A stretch of DNA of 64,000 bases, from the NCBI GenBank assembly GCA_965226885.1, contig CBDDEL010000015.1, positions 192,001 to 256,000 of the forward strand, in the 5' to 3' direction. Of this stretch, positions 53,091-63,600 are shown piece by piece; the stretch's first letter is position 1; each line of letters opens with the position of its first letter. The notes below the pieces were generated by a model that searched no databases, had not been told where the DNA came from, and saw only the letters and a program-made list of their open reading frames with translations. Source of the stretch: Opitutales bacterium. GTDB taxonomy: Bacteria > Verrucomicrobiota > Verrucomicrobiia > Opitutales > UBA2987. The translations under genes and the position numbers were made by a program.

Positions 53091-53993
53091 TCAAACCGCC
53101 CGCAGTCTGGGGTGTATATCGTCCAGGCTTTTGCGAAACCCAGTCGGAGTGGCGCCGGTGATTCGCTTGAATGACCGGTTAAATTGGGAAAGCGACTCGA
53201 AACCGACATCGAATGCAACCTCACTGACTCGTTTGTTGGGGTTATAGAGGAGATTTTTGGCCTTCTCGACTCGGATGCGGGTGAGGTAATCGGTAAAAGT
53301 CATACGGGTTGATTTTTTGAACATTTTGCAAAAATAGTGGGCGCTTGTATTGACCGCCCGGGCAGCCCTGTCGAGGGTCAAGGTAGATTCGTAATTATCG
53401 AGTATGAACCGACGCGCTTTGGCCACCATTTCCGGTTCGGAATTTTTTTCTTTGACCATAATGGCATTGCTGATGGAGGCCAGATGCTGGGCAAAAGTCG
53501 CCAGCAGTTGCACAAAAGCTTCATACTGTTCCGGACTCAACACCTTGGTTTGGTAGTAGGCTTCCTCCAGACGCTTCAGGTTTATGCGTGTGCCGAGGGC
53601 GAGGATTTTGCGGGTAATTTTGCTGAAATGTTCGTCGTTCGGCTGATGCAGGAGCACTTGGCCGGTTTTTAAAAATGCGACCACATTTTCTCCCACCCTA
53701 ATGGGGACGGCGGAATCGCAAAGACCGGCAAAACATTTGAGGGTGCGCGGTTTGAAATTGGCCTCGCGCTCCAGTTTTTCCTGCACCCTGAGGCATTCGA
53801 GGCAGCTTTCATTGCTGTCCGCCATCAGGGAGCAGAACGGATTGGTGTTCTCCGACTGCAACCACTCAAGATTGAGAGAACCGGCGATACTCAAGGCCAG
53901 GGGCAAACCGGTGGCAGTGGAATAGGCCTTTTTATAATCGCGATAGATGGCGGTACGTGAAAGTTTTCGCGAAAATTCACGCTTTTGCGTCAA
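53091..53993 (-). CDS. AraC-family regulator with PocR-type sensor domain
   Basis: NPFC...C...CFAGL...AVPI...GQV sensor region; C-terminal AraC HTH (VAFDVGFESLSQFNRSFK). Confidence 0.9.
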   Translation of the reverse strand: MTQKREFSRKLSRTAIYRDYKKAYSTATGLPLALSIAGSLNLEWLQSENTNPFCSLMADSNESCLECLRVQEKLEREANFKPRTLKCFAGLCDSAVPIRVGENVVAFLKTGQVLLHQPNDEHFSKITRKILALGTRINLKRLEEAYYQTKVLSPEQYEAFVQLLATFAQHLASISNAIMVKEKNSEPEMVAKARRFILDNYESTLTLDRAARAVNTSAHYFCKMFKKSTRMTFTDYLTRIRVEKAKNLLYNPNKRVSEVAFDVGFESLSQFNRSFKRITGATPTGFRKSLDDIHPRLRAV

Positions 53994-54343
53994 ATGATTC
54001 TACGTGCCTAGTATTGGCTTCCACAACAAATATCCAGTCCTGAACTTTAATTATGGCAGGAATTCCGCTAAGTCAAAGGAATCAGTCACATTCTAGAAGA
54101 ATTTATACACTTAAGAAACAAAAATTGACCGGATAAAGAGAATTTTTGCTGAGTTTTTTATCCCGAAATTAGCGATAATAAGGATATGAACGGGCAGCTT
54201 GTGGATTTTTTGCTGTGAAAGAGGAAAAGATTTTGGACGACTGGAAGACGGAACTGGAATTGGCCCCGCCCTGTGATATTTTCACCCATTGAGAACTTTC
54301 ATATGAAAACCTGGCCGAGCTTTTTGAAAATGTCCTCAATCTT

Positions 54344-54688
54344 ATGAATATAAAATCGGAGGGGCCCGCGAACCATCCAGGCCTACACCATTACATGGAT
54401 TTTACCTTCACTTTCTCCCCGCAAAGATCCGCTTGCGTGGAACTTCAGCAGGCCGAGCAAACGGCATTTTTCAGAGCGCTCAACGAAAGCGGCGTCCCGC
54501 GGTTCGCATTTACCCAAAATCAATTCAGGGCCTGCTCCACAATATTGCAAAACGCGCTGGCCATCGCCTTGCACAGAGAAATCGAAACGTGCAGCGAAGT
54601 GAGCGCCAAAGAATTTTGTCCCTTCAAACCGGGCGATGAATCCCCATACCAATTTCTCAGCTCAAAAGTCCATTTATTAAATAACTAA
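54344..54688 (+). CDS. Hypothetical protein, possibly the 3' part of a degraded gene starting near 54186
   Basis: Protein-like sequence (EKILDDWKTELEL) extends upstream through an in-frame TGA and an apparent frameshift. Confidence 0.35.
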   Translation: MNIKSEGPANHPGLHHYMDFTFTFSPQRSACVELQQAEQTAFFRALNESGVPRFAFTQNQFRACSTILQNALAIALHREIETCSEVSAKEFCPFKPGDESPYQFLSSKVHLLNN

Positions 54689-54714
54689 CCTTTTTTAAAT
54701 AATTTTAAATAAAT

Positions 54715-54870
54715 AATTTTCCTGGCGGCCCGTGGGAGAGCCGTGTAAAAGCCGGTCCCGGAACCTACCGGGGACGGCTTCTAATACAGGGTAATCCACC
54801 ATCAGTCCCGCAACGACATCCAGCCAGTAGTCAAAGTGGCAATTACTTCCACGGGCGCCAGGTAACTTTC
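54715..54870 (-). ncRNA. Candidate 6S RNA (SsrS-like)
   Basis: GC-rich island among AT-rich flanks. Long closing stem cctggcgcccgtggaag/ctcccacgggccgccagg, central bubble, apical stem ctactgg-ggatg/cgtcc-ccggtag. Confidence 0.55.
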
Positions 54871-54931
54871 TCTCAGACACTTTGGCAGGTCTATCCGATT
54901 TTAATATCGAATCCAGGTTGAGCGGAGTGAG

Positions 54932-56485
54932 TTACTTGGGTTGTGGATAGCGGAGAAGGACGGGGATATCGCTCAGTCGGCTGACCAGACGAAAAGTCCC
55001 GCTACGCGTATCGCGATACAAATAGGGCGCCCAGTATCCGATGTCCTCCCGGCGCCACCATTGGCCCGTTTCTTTTTTCTCCGAAAGGATTGTAAAAGAA
55101 TACCTGTACAATTTAAACCGAATGATTTGCGGTGGAGATTCCGGGAATGGATTGTGGGCGAACAACGCCGTAACGTCGGCTTCTCCCTCAATCAGCCTGG
55201 CCCCGGCCAAAAGAACGAACCGGTGCCGCTCATTGCCATAGACGCCTAACTGGGCAAACCAGAGATTCCAATCGAAACGCGGCAGGTGCGGCGCCATGAA
55301 ACGCGGCGCGATGCCGGTATCCTGGGCCTGCCATTTGAAGCGGTAAGTTTTCCAACTCAAGCCCCCGTCATTGGAACCCTCATATTCAATATGGTGGCGG
55401 TGGTGAGTCATACTGCCGAAAAGAGCGTAGCGATTGGCCGATCGAAAATTTCCCAGCAAAACCAGCGGCTGCCGGGTAAAGGCGGGAAGGGAATTGACCG
55501 GAACCCGCATGACGGCCAGAAAAATGTATAAGCCGATATAAAAAAAGGGGAGCAGCACAACGGAAGCGGTAACTTTTCGCCACCAGGCAGCGGCAGCCGG
55601 TGAAACGCCGGTTTTCCTTTCAGGCAAAAAAGGCAAGATTTTTCGAATCGCCCTGTCGTCCAAAAGCAGCATTGCCAGGGCAATGGAATTGTAATTGAGA
55701 AATGTATAATTGCCGGTCAGGAGAATTCCGAGGTTCATTCCGCCCCACAACAAACACAACAAGATGCGCCCCTTGCGCCCGAGGAAAAATAAAAATGGAC
55801 CTACCACTTCGACATAGAGAGTGGCCCCCGTCATGCCGGAATGAACCCAATCGGGAAGGTGCTGGGCATACCAGCCCAGCCAGGTCGGGAAAGGACAGTT
55901 CACATAGTAATCTTGAAGGGCGGAAAAGGTTTTCCAGGCCTCGTCGCCCCCCATGCTCTTGGCTATCCCCGGCTCAAAAATCAAACGAAAGCAGAGCCAC
56001 CAGAACAACAGCCTGACCACCACTGAGGACGGCGTCCGCTCCCCCAAACCTGGCCGCAGTCCTCGCGGTGCCAAGAAAACGGCCAGGAGGACCGTCTCCA
56101 GCATGAGACCATCGGATTGGAATCCAGAGAAATTGCGCGCCGCCGAGACAAATGATAGATAAAAAATCCAACAGAATACGAGGGCGGCGCGAGGCCACGC
56201 ATTCAATAGGAGCAATAACCCGGCAATCATGCCGCCATAGCAAATGAGGTTGAGCCCGGCAGCGCCTGCGTCGCACCACAATAAGGTTGGCGCCGACAGG
56301 AAGGCCTTCCACGAGGGCATTTGGCTGGCCAGGGCATTCAGGTAATCCTCTGCCGGCAGAATACCGCGCGGCCCGATGAGCCCGTATATCTGGGTGGAAA
56401 GCGAGAGGAAGGAAGCCAGAAAGCCAATCCCCAGAATTCGTAGAAAAATCCAGCGAGACCAAAAAAAGGTCTCATCCTTGCCCAT
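54932..56485 (-). CDS. Lipase maturation factor (LMF) family membrane protein
   Basis: GLIGPRGILPA, FQSDGLMLE, LTGNY.FLN, Y.LF..MT..R and PHLPRFDWNLWF; TGATG overlap with the sulfotransferase stop. Confidence 0.9.
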   Translation of the reverse strand: MGKDETFFWSRWIFLRILGIGFLASFLSLSTQIYGLIGPRGILPAEDYLNALASQMPSWKAFLSAPTLLWCDAGAAGLNLICYGGMIAGLLLLLNAWPRAALVFCWIFYLSFVSAARNFSGFQSDGLMLETVLLAVFLAPRGLRPGLGERTPSSVVVRLLFWWLCFRLIFEPGIAKSMGGDEAWKTFSALQDYYVNCPFPTWLGWYAQHLPDWVHSGMTGATLYVEVVGPFLFFLGRKGRILLCLLWGGMNLGILLTGNYTFLNYNSIALAMLLLDDRAIRKILPFLPERKTGVSPAAAAWWRKVTASVVLLPFFYIGLYIFLAVMRVPVNSLPAFTRQPLVLLGNFRSANRYALFGSMTHHRHHIEYEGSNDGGLSWKTYRFKWQAQDTGIAPRFMAPHLPRFDWNLWFAQLGVYGNERHRFVLLAGARLIEGEADVTALFAHNPFPESPPQIIRFKLYRYSFTILSEKKETGQWWRREDIGYWAPYLYRDTRSGTFRLVSRLSDIPVLLRYPQPK

Positions 56486-57594
56486 CAACAAATAGATATT
56501 TCGGCAGGAATATTGTAGTTCCAATAATCGAGGGCGAAACCCCATTGATCTTTTATTCTTTCCACTTGGCGTGGCGTCAAGCGATAGACGTTGCGGCGGT
56601 AGTTTCTCTGTCCATGGATATAAGCCTCTATCCCCTTGAAGGCTTCCCGGCGCTCGGAAAGTCCATGGAAATCATATATTTTCTCGATCTCCCGCATTGG
56701 ATTCCGCTCGATTTCCTCATAGCTTACTTCGATCAGGTCCTCCGCCGGTAGTGTGGGTAGTTCCTGCAAATACCGTTCCATGAGAAGACGGTAATTTTCG
56801 AGGGTGATGGTTTCAAAATCGAGATGCTCGTAAGTCTGCCAAGCGAAGGCGGGCATGGTTTGCTCGTAATGCTTCACAGTGGAACAAAAGACATTGTAGG
56901 GGTTGCGAACTATATGAATGAAGCGGGCGTTGGGGAAAACGGTTTTCAGCCACCGGGCGCGGGTGGTGGAAGCGGGATTCTTGAGCAAGAGCCGTTTCCC
57001 CTCATTGGCCAGCGTCAGTTTCCGCAACAGGTAGAGGTAAGCGCTCGCAAAACGCTCCAGTTCACCTTCCTCCAATCCGTCGAGCAGAACCGAGCGGCGG
57101 TAGTGCTGTTGTAATTTTTCCGGAAAATAATAACAATTGTAGTAGCACAGCGGGTTCATATTGCCCAACGCCATCTCCTCTTCCTGGGGCGAGTCCAGGG
57201 TTAGGGAAACGTTATCCATGCCGCGCGTTTCCGGCAAGATCCTTTCGATTATGGGTGGAGCGATTTTCAATTTACCCAAAAAATCCAGCGGCATGGCTGT
57301 CTGCAGAAAGGAAATCCAGGCAAACTGGGGGTCGCGGCTTAAAAGGTTGTGCAAATGGGTGGTTCCGCTGCGCCAATGCCCCAGTATGAAGATGGGTTCT
57401 TTTTCCAGCACCGTGGCATTGATGCGGGAACGATAAAGCAAATGCTCAATCTGGTAAAATGAGAATCGGGCCATAATGGCTAGTAGCCCGATGGCTTGCG
57501 GGAGTAGCGCGGGCCCCTGAAATGCGCGGTGTTCCCGCAGGAGTTCCAGATAGGTCGTAAGATTGCTTCCGGCGAGCGGGTGCAAGAGTCTCAT
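56485..57594 (-). CDS. PAPS-dependent sulfotransferase
   Basis: 5'-PSB motif FILGHWRSGTTHL, LLKNP and 3'-PB motif HIVRNPY...S. Confidence 0.9.
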   Translation of the reverse strand: MRLLHPLAGSNLTTYLELLREHRAFQGPALLPQAIGLLAIMARFSFYQIEHLLYRSRINATVLEKEPIFILGHWRSGTTHLHNLLSRDPQFAWISFLQTAMPLDFLGKLKIAPPIIERILPETRGMDNVSLTLDSPQEEEMALGNMNPLCYYNCYYFPEKLQQHYRRSVLLDGLEEGELERFASAYLYLLRKLTLANEGKRLLLKNPASTTRARWLKTVFPNARFIHIVRNPYNVFCSTVKHYEQTMPAFAWQTYEHLDFETITLENYRLLMERYLQELPTLPAEDLIEVSYEEIERNPMREIEKIYDFHGLSERREAFKGIEAYIHGQRNYRRNVYRLTPRQVERIKDQWGFALDYWNYNIPAEISIC

Positions 57595-57624
57595 GCCACT
57601 AGCCCGATGAAGGAGGGGTAATAG

Positions 57625-60600
57625 TTATACCCCATGCAGGGGATCGCTTATGGTCGGGTCGGAGGATGTCGTTTCTTTAAAACGCTCTATGGACTCCGGC
57701 GAGATGAAATAACCCTCACATTGAGGCCGGGCCGATTCGAGGTCCAGAGTATGCAGCAATTTGTAGTGGGCCAGAGAGTCTTCCAATTTGACCGGGCCAA
57801 GGGTAGGCCGGATGTCCGGCTTGCGCCCAGTGAGAAGGCTGGATAAAATACAACCGGTCATCTCACGAGGATCCCTCCCCACCAGGCTTAACAATCGGTT
57901 GCCTCCCAGTTCCTCGATTCTTTCGACCGCGCCGCTGGGCAGAAAAATGGTTTCTTTCACTTCTTTCTGCAGGCGGATGAGGCCACCGGTGGTAAAGAGT
58001 ATGTCGTGCTCGGATTCGATTCGCTGAATGGCGTCGAGGGTGTGGAAGCAGGGAGGAAAGGAATCGTCCACGATAAGCGTTCCGGGCCGCAGGCGGTTGA
58101 CGTCAAGGATGCCGGGAACATTGGTCGCTCCTAGAATAAAGGAGGCCCTGTAAACAGCATCCGGCAATCGGCCGCGGGTCGGTTCCAGCTTGATTTTGCC
58201 ATCGAAACCCAATTCCTCCACCAACTTGCGGCGGATGCCTTCAAGGGAGTCGATTTTCTGGTAAAGATCGCACAGGATGAATTCCTTGGGGTGAGGCAGC
58301 ACTTCGAGCATCAGCCGCATGGTTGCATAGCCGATGGATCCCAGCCCGACAATTGCCACAGATTCCTCCTCCAGGCTGCGTTCGGCCAGTGTCAACAATC
58401 CCTCCATGGATTTGATAATGGTGGCAGTTGTTGTGGCGTGCCCTGTTGTAATGATGGGCAGATCGGTACGGCCGTCGATTAAATCGGTCACTTGCAACCC
58501 GTAGTTGGTGGCCGAGGGGATCAGACCGGTCAGGGACACTTTCTTTGCCCCCATGTTCTTGGCGATTTCCAGCGATTGCATGATTTGATCGCCCAGAAGA
58601 GTCTGGTTTTTATAAAGCTCGGAACCGAGCCGAGGCAGCATGACAAGCCCGATGCGGCCATAGGGAGTTTCATAAATATTGCTGATAAAGGACCTGTCGT
58701 GCAGCCAGTTATGGGCAATATCGTCTTTGCTCAATCCGGTCAGGGGAAGAAAGGCGTCGGGTATATAAGCGAGGGCGACGGCATCAACCTGGGGCAATGA
58801 ATCGCGGTCGCCGTTAAAGCCTTCGACCACCTCCAGATTGAGGTATTCGGAATTGGCAATCTCTTCGGCCATATTATCCATATAACTGCCGTTGCCGTTG
58901 AAAGCGGAACCGGCGGCGATTTCACGATCATCTGGAATGGTGTCGAGATAACGGGCCAGGTACTCGACGGTGGGGTTGCGCAAGAATACTTCGACTGGAA
59001 ATTGCCGGTTAAAAACCTGCGAGATTTCGGTCAGCAACTGCAGGGCAAGCAGTGAATCACCTCCCAAATCGAAGAAATTGTCAGTGATGCCGACCTCTTC
59101 GCTGGAAAATGCCTTGTTGAGGATATCGACCAAGATTTTTTCGGTCGGAGTTTGCGGAGCGGTATATGCGGCCTGCAACTCGACTCTAACGATTTGCGGG
59201 GCGGGCAGGGCCAGGCGGTCGATCTTCTTGTTCGCGGTAAGGGGAAAATTGTCCAGCAGGACATAAGCGGCCGGACGCATGTAATCGGGCAACAGTTCCG
59301 TGAGATGGCTGCGCAGCTCGGAGGTCAAGCCCTCGGATGGGTCGTTGGCAATGATGTAGGCGACCAAACTGTCGCCGCCCGGCATATCGCCTCTTTTGAC
59401 GACCACTGCTTGGTCCACCTTGCTATGGGAACGCAGGTGTGTCTCGATATCCTCCAGTTCGATGCGATACCCGCGCAATTTGATCTGGGTGTCGCCGCGC
59501 CCCAGAAAATCGATTTTTCCATCGGGCAGGAAGCGGGCTAAATCTCCCGTCTGGTAAACGCGTTCCTTTTTGCCATTGGGCAGTTGCAGTTCGATAAATT
59601 TTTCCGCCGTCAAATCGGGCTGGTTGTGATAACCGCGAGCCAGCCCATTGCCGCCAATATAGAGGTTGCCCGTGAAGCCGGGCGGCAGGGCGTTGTGATT
59701 GTCGTCCAGAATGTAAATCGTGGTGTTGGCGATGGGCCGGCCAATGGGCACGCTACCGGGCTGCGAATCCACCTTATCGACGGTGGACCAGATGGTCGTT
59801 TCAGTCGGCCCGTAGAGGTTCCATACGGCACGGGTGCTGGGTAGCAGGGACTCTGCCAACTCGCGGGGCAAAGCCTCCCCGCCGCAGAATACGCGCAGGT
59901 CGTGCTTGCCGTTCCAACCGGAGTCCAAAAGCATCTGCCAAGTGGCCGGCGTGGCCTGCATGGTGGTGACCGCATATTCCTCCAGAAGCATGGAGAGGCG
60001 GCGGCCATCGGTGGCCTCCTCCCGCGTGGCGATAACGACCTGCGCTTCGGCCACGAGGGGTAAAAAGAGTTCTAGTACCGAAATGTCGAAAGAGAGGGTG
60101 GTGACGGCCAAAAGCGTGTCATCGGTAATCAGGCCGGGGGTTTCCCGCATGGAGGAAAGGAAGTTGACGACAGCGCGATGGGGAATTTCGACCCCTTTCG
60201 GTTGGCCGGTGGAACCCGAAGTATAAATGATATAAGCGAGCGAATCTGGGGAATTGGCGACAACCGGGCCTTTTCTGGCGGCACCCGTATTTTCCACCGC
60301 AAGGAGGCTCCATCCACCCTCCGGAAGGCTCTCCTGGAGATGGCCTTGGGTAACCACAACGGACGGATTGGCGTCTTCCAGCATTTGCCGGATGCGGTGC
60401 TGGGGAAAGGCTGGGTCGAGCGGCACATAACAACCGCCGGCCTTGAGGATGCCCAAGGCGGCGATCAGCATTTCGACGGATCGGTCCACGTACAAGCCCA
60501 CCGGGCAGTCCACATCGATTCCCTGCGAGCGCAATTTCAGGGCCAGGCCGTTGGCCCTGCGGTTGAGTTCGCCATAGGTGAGCGATTTGCCCGCGCTGGT

Positions 60601-63600
60601 TACGGCCGTGCGGTTGGGATTGTGTTCGGCGTGTTCCGTCACCAATTGGTGCAGGCATTTGTCCTCGGGGTATTCCAGTTCGGTATGATTCCATTCCTCG
60701 AGGATAATCTTTTCTTCGTCTCGAGACAAAAATGAAAGCTCGGAAATTTTCTTTTCCGGGTGCACCACCACTTCTTCCAGGATTTGCTTGTATAGCCCGT
60801 TCAGGCGGTCGATGGTGGCCGGCTCGAAGAGGTCGCGGTTGTACTGCCAGCAGCCATAGATATGCCCGCCAGCTTCTTCCACCACGAGGGAAATTTCAAA
60901 CTGGGCCTGGCGCAGGTTCAAATCAATCGATTCCACAGATATATCGCCGACTTTAAAGTTGTGCCCACCTTGTCCGATGAGGAATACGGCGATGCCTTGC
61001 TCGTCCACGCCGGGAATTCGTTCCATAGAAAAAGTTACCTGAAAAATGGGCGAGCGGCTTGGGTCCCGTTTAACTTTGAGAGCATCGACCAAATGGGAAA
61101 CGGGATGCTCCTGGTGCTCTATGGCGGCAACCACCGAATCGCTCATCTGGTTGAGGTATTCGTTAAAGGATGGGTCGTCCACTACCCTGCTGCGAATCGG
61201 AACCGGGTTGATGAAAAAGCCCACCACTTCATGAAATTCCTTTAAGCGGCGACCGGCGAAGGGGCTTCCCACAATCAAGTCGTCCTGGTTGCAATAGCGG
61301 TGTAGGAGCACTTGAAAGGCCGAGAGTAGAGTGGTGTAGAGAGTGACATTGTTCGATTTGGCCAGAGTATCCACCCTCCGCGAGAGGCGGTCATCCAGCT
61401 TGAACCCGTGAGTGGAGCCATTGAAAGACTGCACCGGCGGACGGGCATGGTCGGTAGGCAGATCGAGAACCAGAGGAGCCCCCTGCATCTGGTCCTTCCA
61501 ATACCTGAGCAATTTCTCCTTTTGGGGGCCCTTGAGAAGCGTTTGCTGCCAGTTCACGTAATCCGAATAACGATAGGGCAATTCCTCTAATTTGTGGGTG
61601 AGTCCCGATTTGAGAGCAAAATAACTTTCCATCAGGTCTTGCATGAGGAGCGCCACGCTCCAGGCATCGGAAACAATGTGGTGCATGGAGAGCAAGGTGA
61701 TGTGGGATTGATCGGCGGTGCGAAAGAGTTCCAGCCTGATCACGGGGCCCTTCTTCAAATCGAAGGGCTGGTTGGCGTGCTCGACCAGAAGCTCCTTGAT
61801 TTTTTCTTTGCTCAGGTGCGTGGTATCGTGCTCCCGAAAATCGATGGTCCGGTTTTTACGCAGGGTCTGCAGCGGCTGCCCGGTTTCATCGGAAAAAGTG
61901 ACGTCGAGCATCGGGTGCCGTTGAAAAAGAGCGGCAAAAGCCCTTTTCATGACCGAAATATCGACATAAGGGGTAATCTTGGAGCTGAAAATCAGGTTGT
62001 AAGCCGGACTGTGGGGGGCCAGTCGATTGAGGAACCAGAGGGCGCGCTGCCCCTCCGACAATGAAAAGACCGTCTCTTCCTCTTCCGACCGCTCCACGGT
62101 AGGCATCCCTGAGGATTCGGAGGTCTCGGTTTCATTTGTGGAATCTTCGCCCGCTTTTTGCAAAATGAGTTCTAGCACGGGAGTGGCCAGTTCGATGATA
62201 TTGGGGCCTTGCAGGAATTGCCCCATGGGCAGGTTGATACCCAGGTTGGTTTCCAGCCGGTTCATCAACTCGATGGCCATAAGTGAATCCAGCCCGATCT
62301 GGGTGAGGGGCGTATCGCGATCGATTTGGGCAGCGGTGGTGCCGAATACTTGTGCCACCTGTTCGCAAATATAATCGGCCACCATGGGCAAACGCTCGGC
62401 AGGGGTGGCAGCGATGACTTTGGGCCGGAAAGAATAGGCATCGCCGTAGGCTGAGTCGGCCTTTTTCTCCTTGTTCACCATTTTGGCATAAGTGAGCGAA
62501 CTTGCCGTTGCCGGATTGAGCCGGGCCAAACCCGTCCAATTAATCCTCGAGGCACCCAATTGAGCGGAGTTCTTGGGCAATACGCGGGCAAAAATGCTGA
62601 GGGCTTCACTGGGGGTAAAGCTTTCCAGGCCAAGCTTATCCAGATATTTGGCCACTTTTTCGTTGCGCGCGACATAACCGGCTTCGGAAAGGGCGCCCCA
62701 ATTCATGGCCAGAGCTGGCAGGCCGAGAGCTTTCCGATAGTTGGCGATAGCATCGAGAAAGAAATTGGCGGAAGCGTAATTTCCCTGTCCTGATCCACCA
62801 ATCATGGAGGATGCGGAGGAGAACAGGATAAAATGTTCGAGCGCCAAATCGAGGGTCAGGGTGTGTAAATTCCAGGCCCCGATCATTTTGGGTTCGAGGA
62901 CTTTGTTGAAGCGCTCCGGAGTCAATTGGATGATCCAGTCGTCATCCAGAACCATTGCCCCGTGGATGAGCCCGCGCAATGGCGGCATATCCGTTTCGAT
63001 TAGTTTGAGCACCCGGGCGATGTCTTCCTGGCGGGTCACATCGGCACTGACCACCTCTACTCTGACACCTTTGGCCTGCAATTCCGCAATGGTATCCCGG
63101 GCCAGGTCTGTGCTGGCCCCGCTGCGGCCCATGAGAACCAGGTTTTGCGCTCCGTATTCCACCATCCAGCGGGCCACTTCGAGGCAGAAACCGCCCAAAC
63201 CGCCAGTTATCAGGTAGGTGGCGTCGCCCCGGAACAGCCGGTCAGCCTGCAGGGACGGTCTCACTGGAATGGATTCCACTTGCATGGAGAGTACGTTTTT
63301 CCCGATATGTTTGGCCTGGGCCATATAGCGGAAGGCTTTTTCCGTCTCGCAAATGGAAAACGATTTCAAGGGCAACGGCCGCAGCTTCTTTTCATTAAAT
63401 AATTCGGCCAGTTCCGACAGCATCGAGGTAATAAAGTAGGGCCGATCTTTAAGAAATGAGGCTAGATCGATGGCGAAATAGGAGATATTGTCCTTGAAGG
63501 GTTCCAGGCCAATCTTGGTATTGGAATAAATGTCGATTTTACCAATTTCCAAAAACCTTCCATAGGGCGCCAGTACGGAAAAACTGCGTTGAATGAAATC

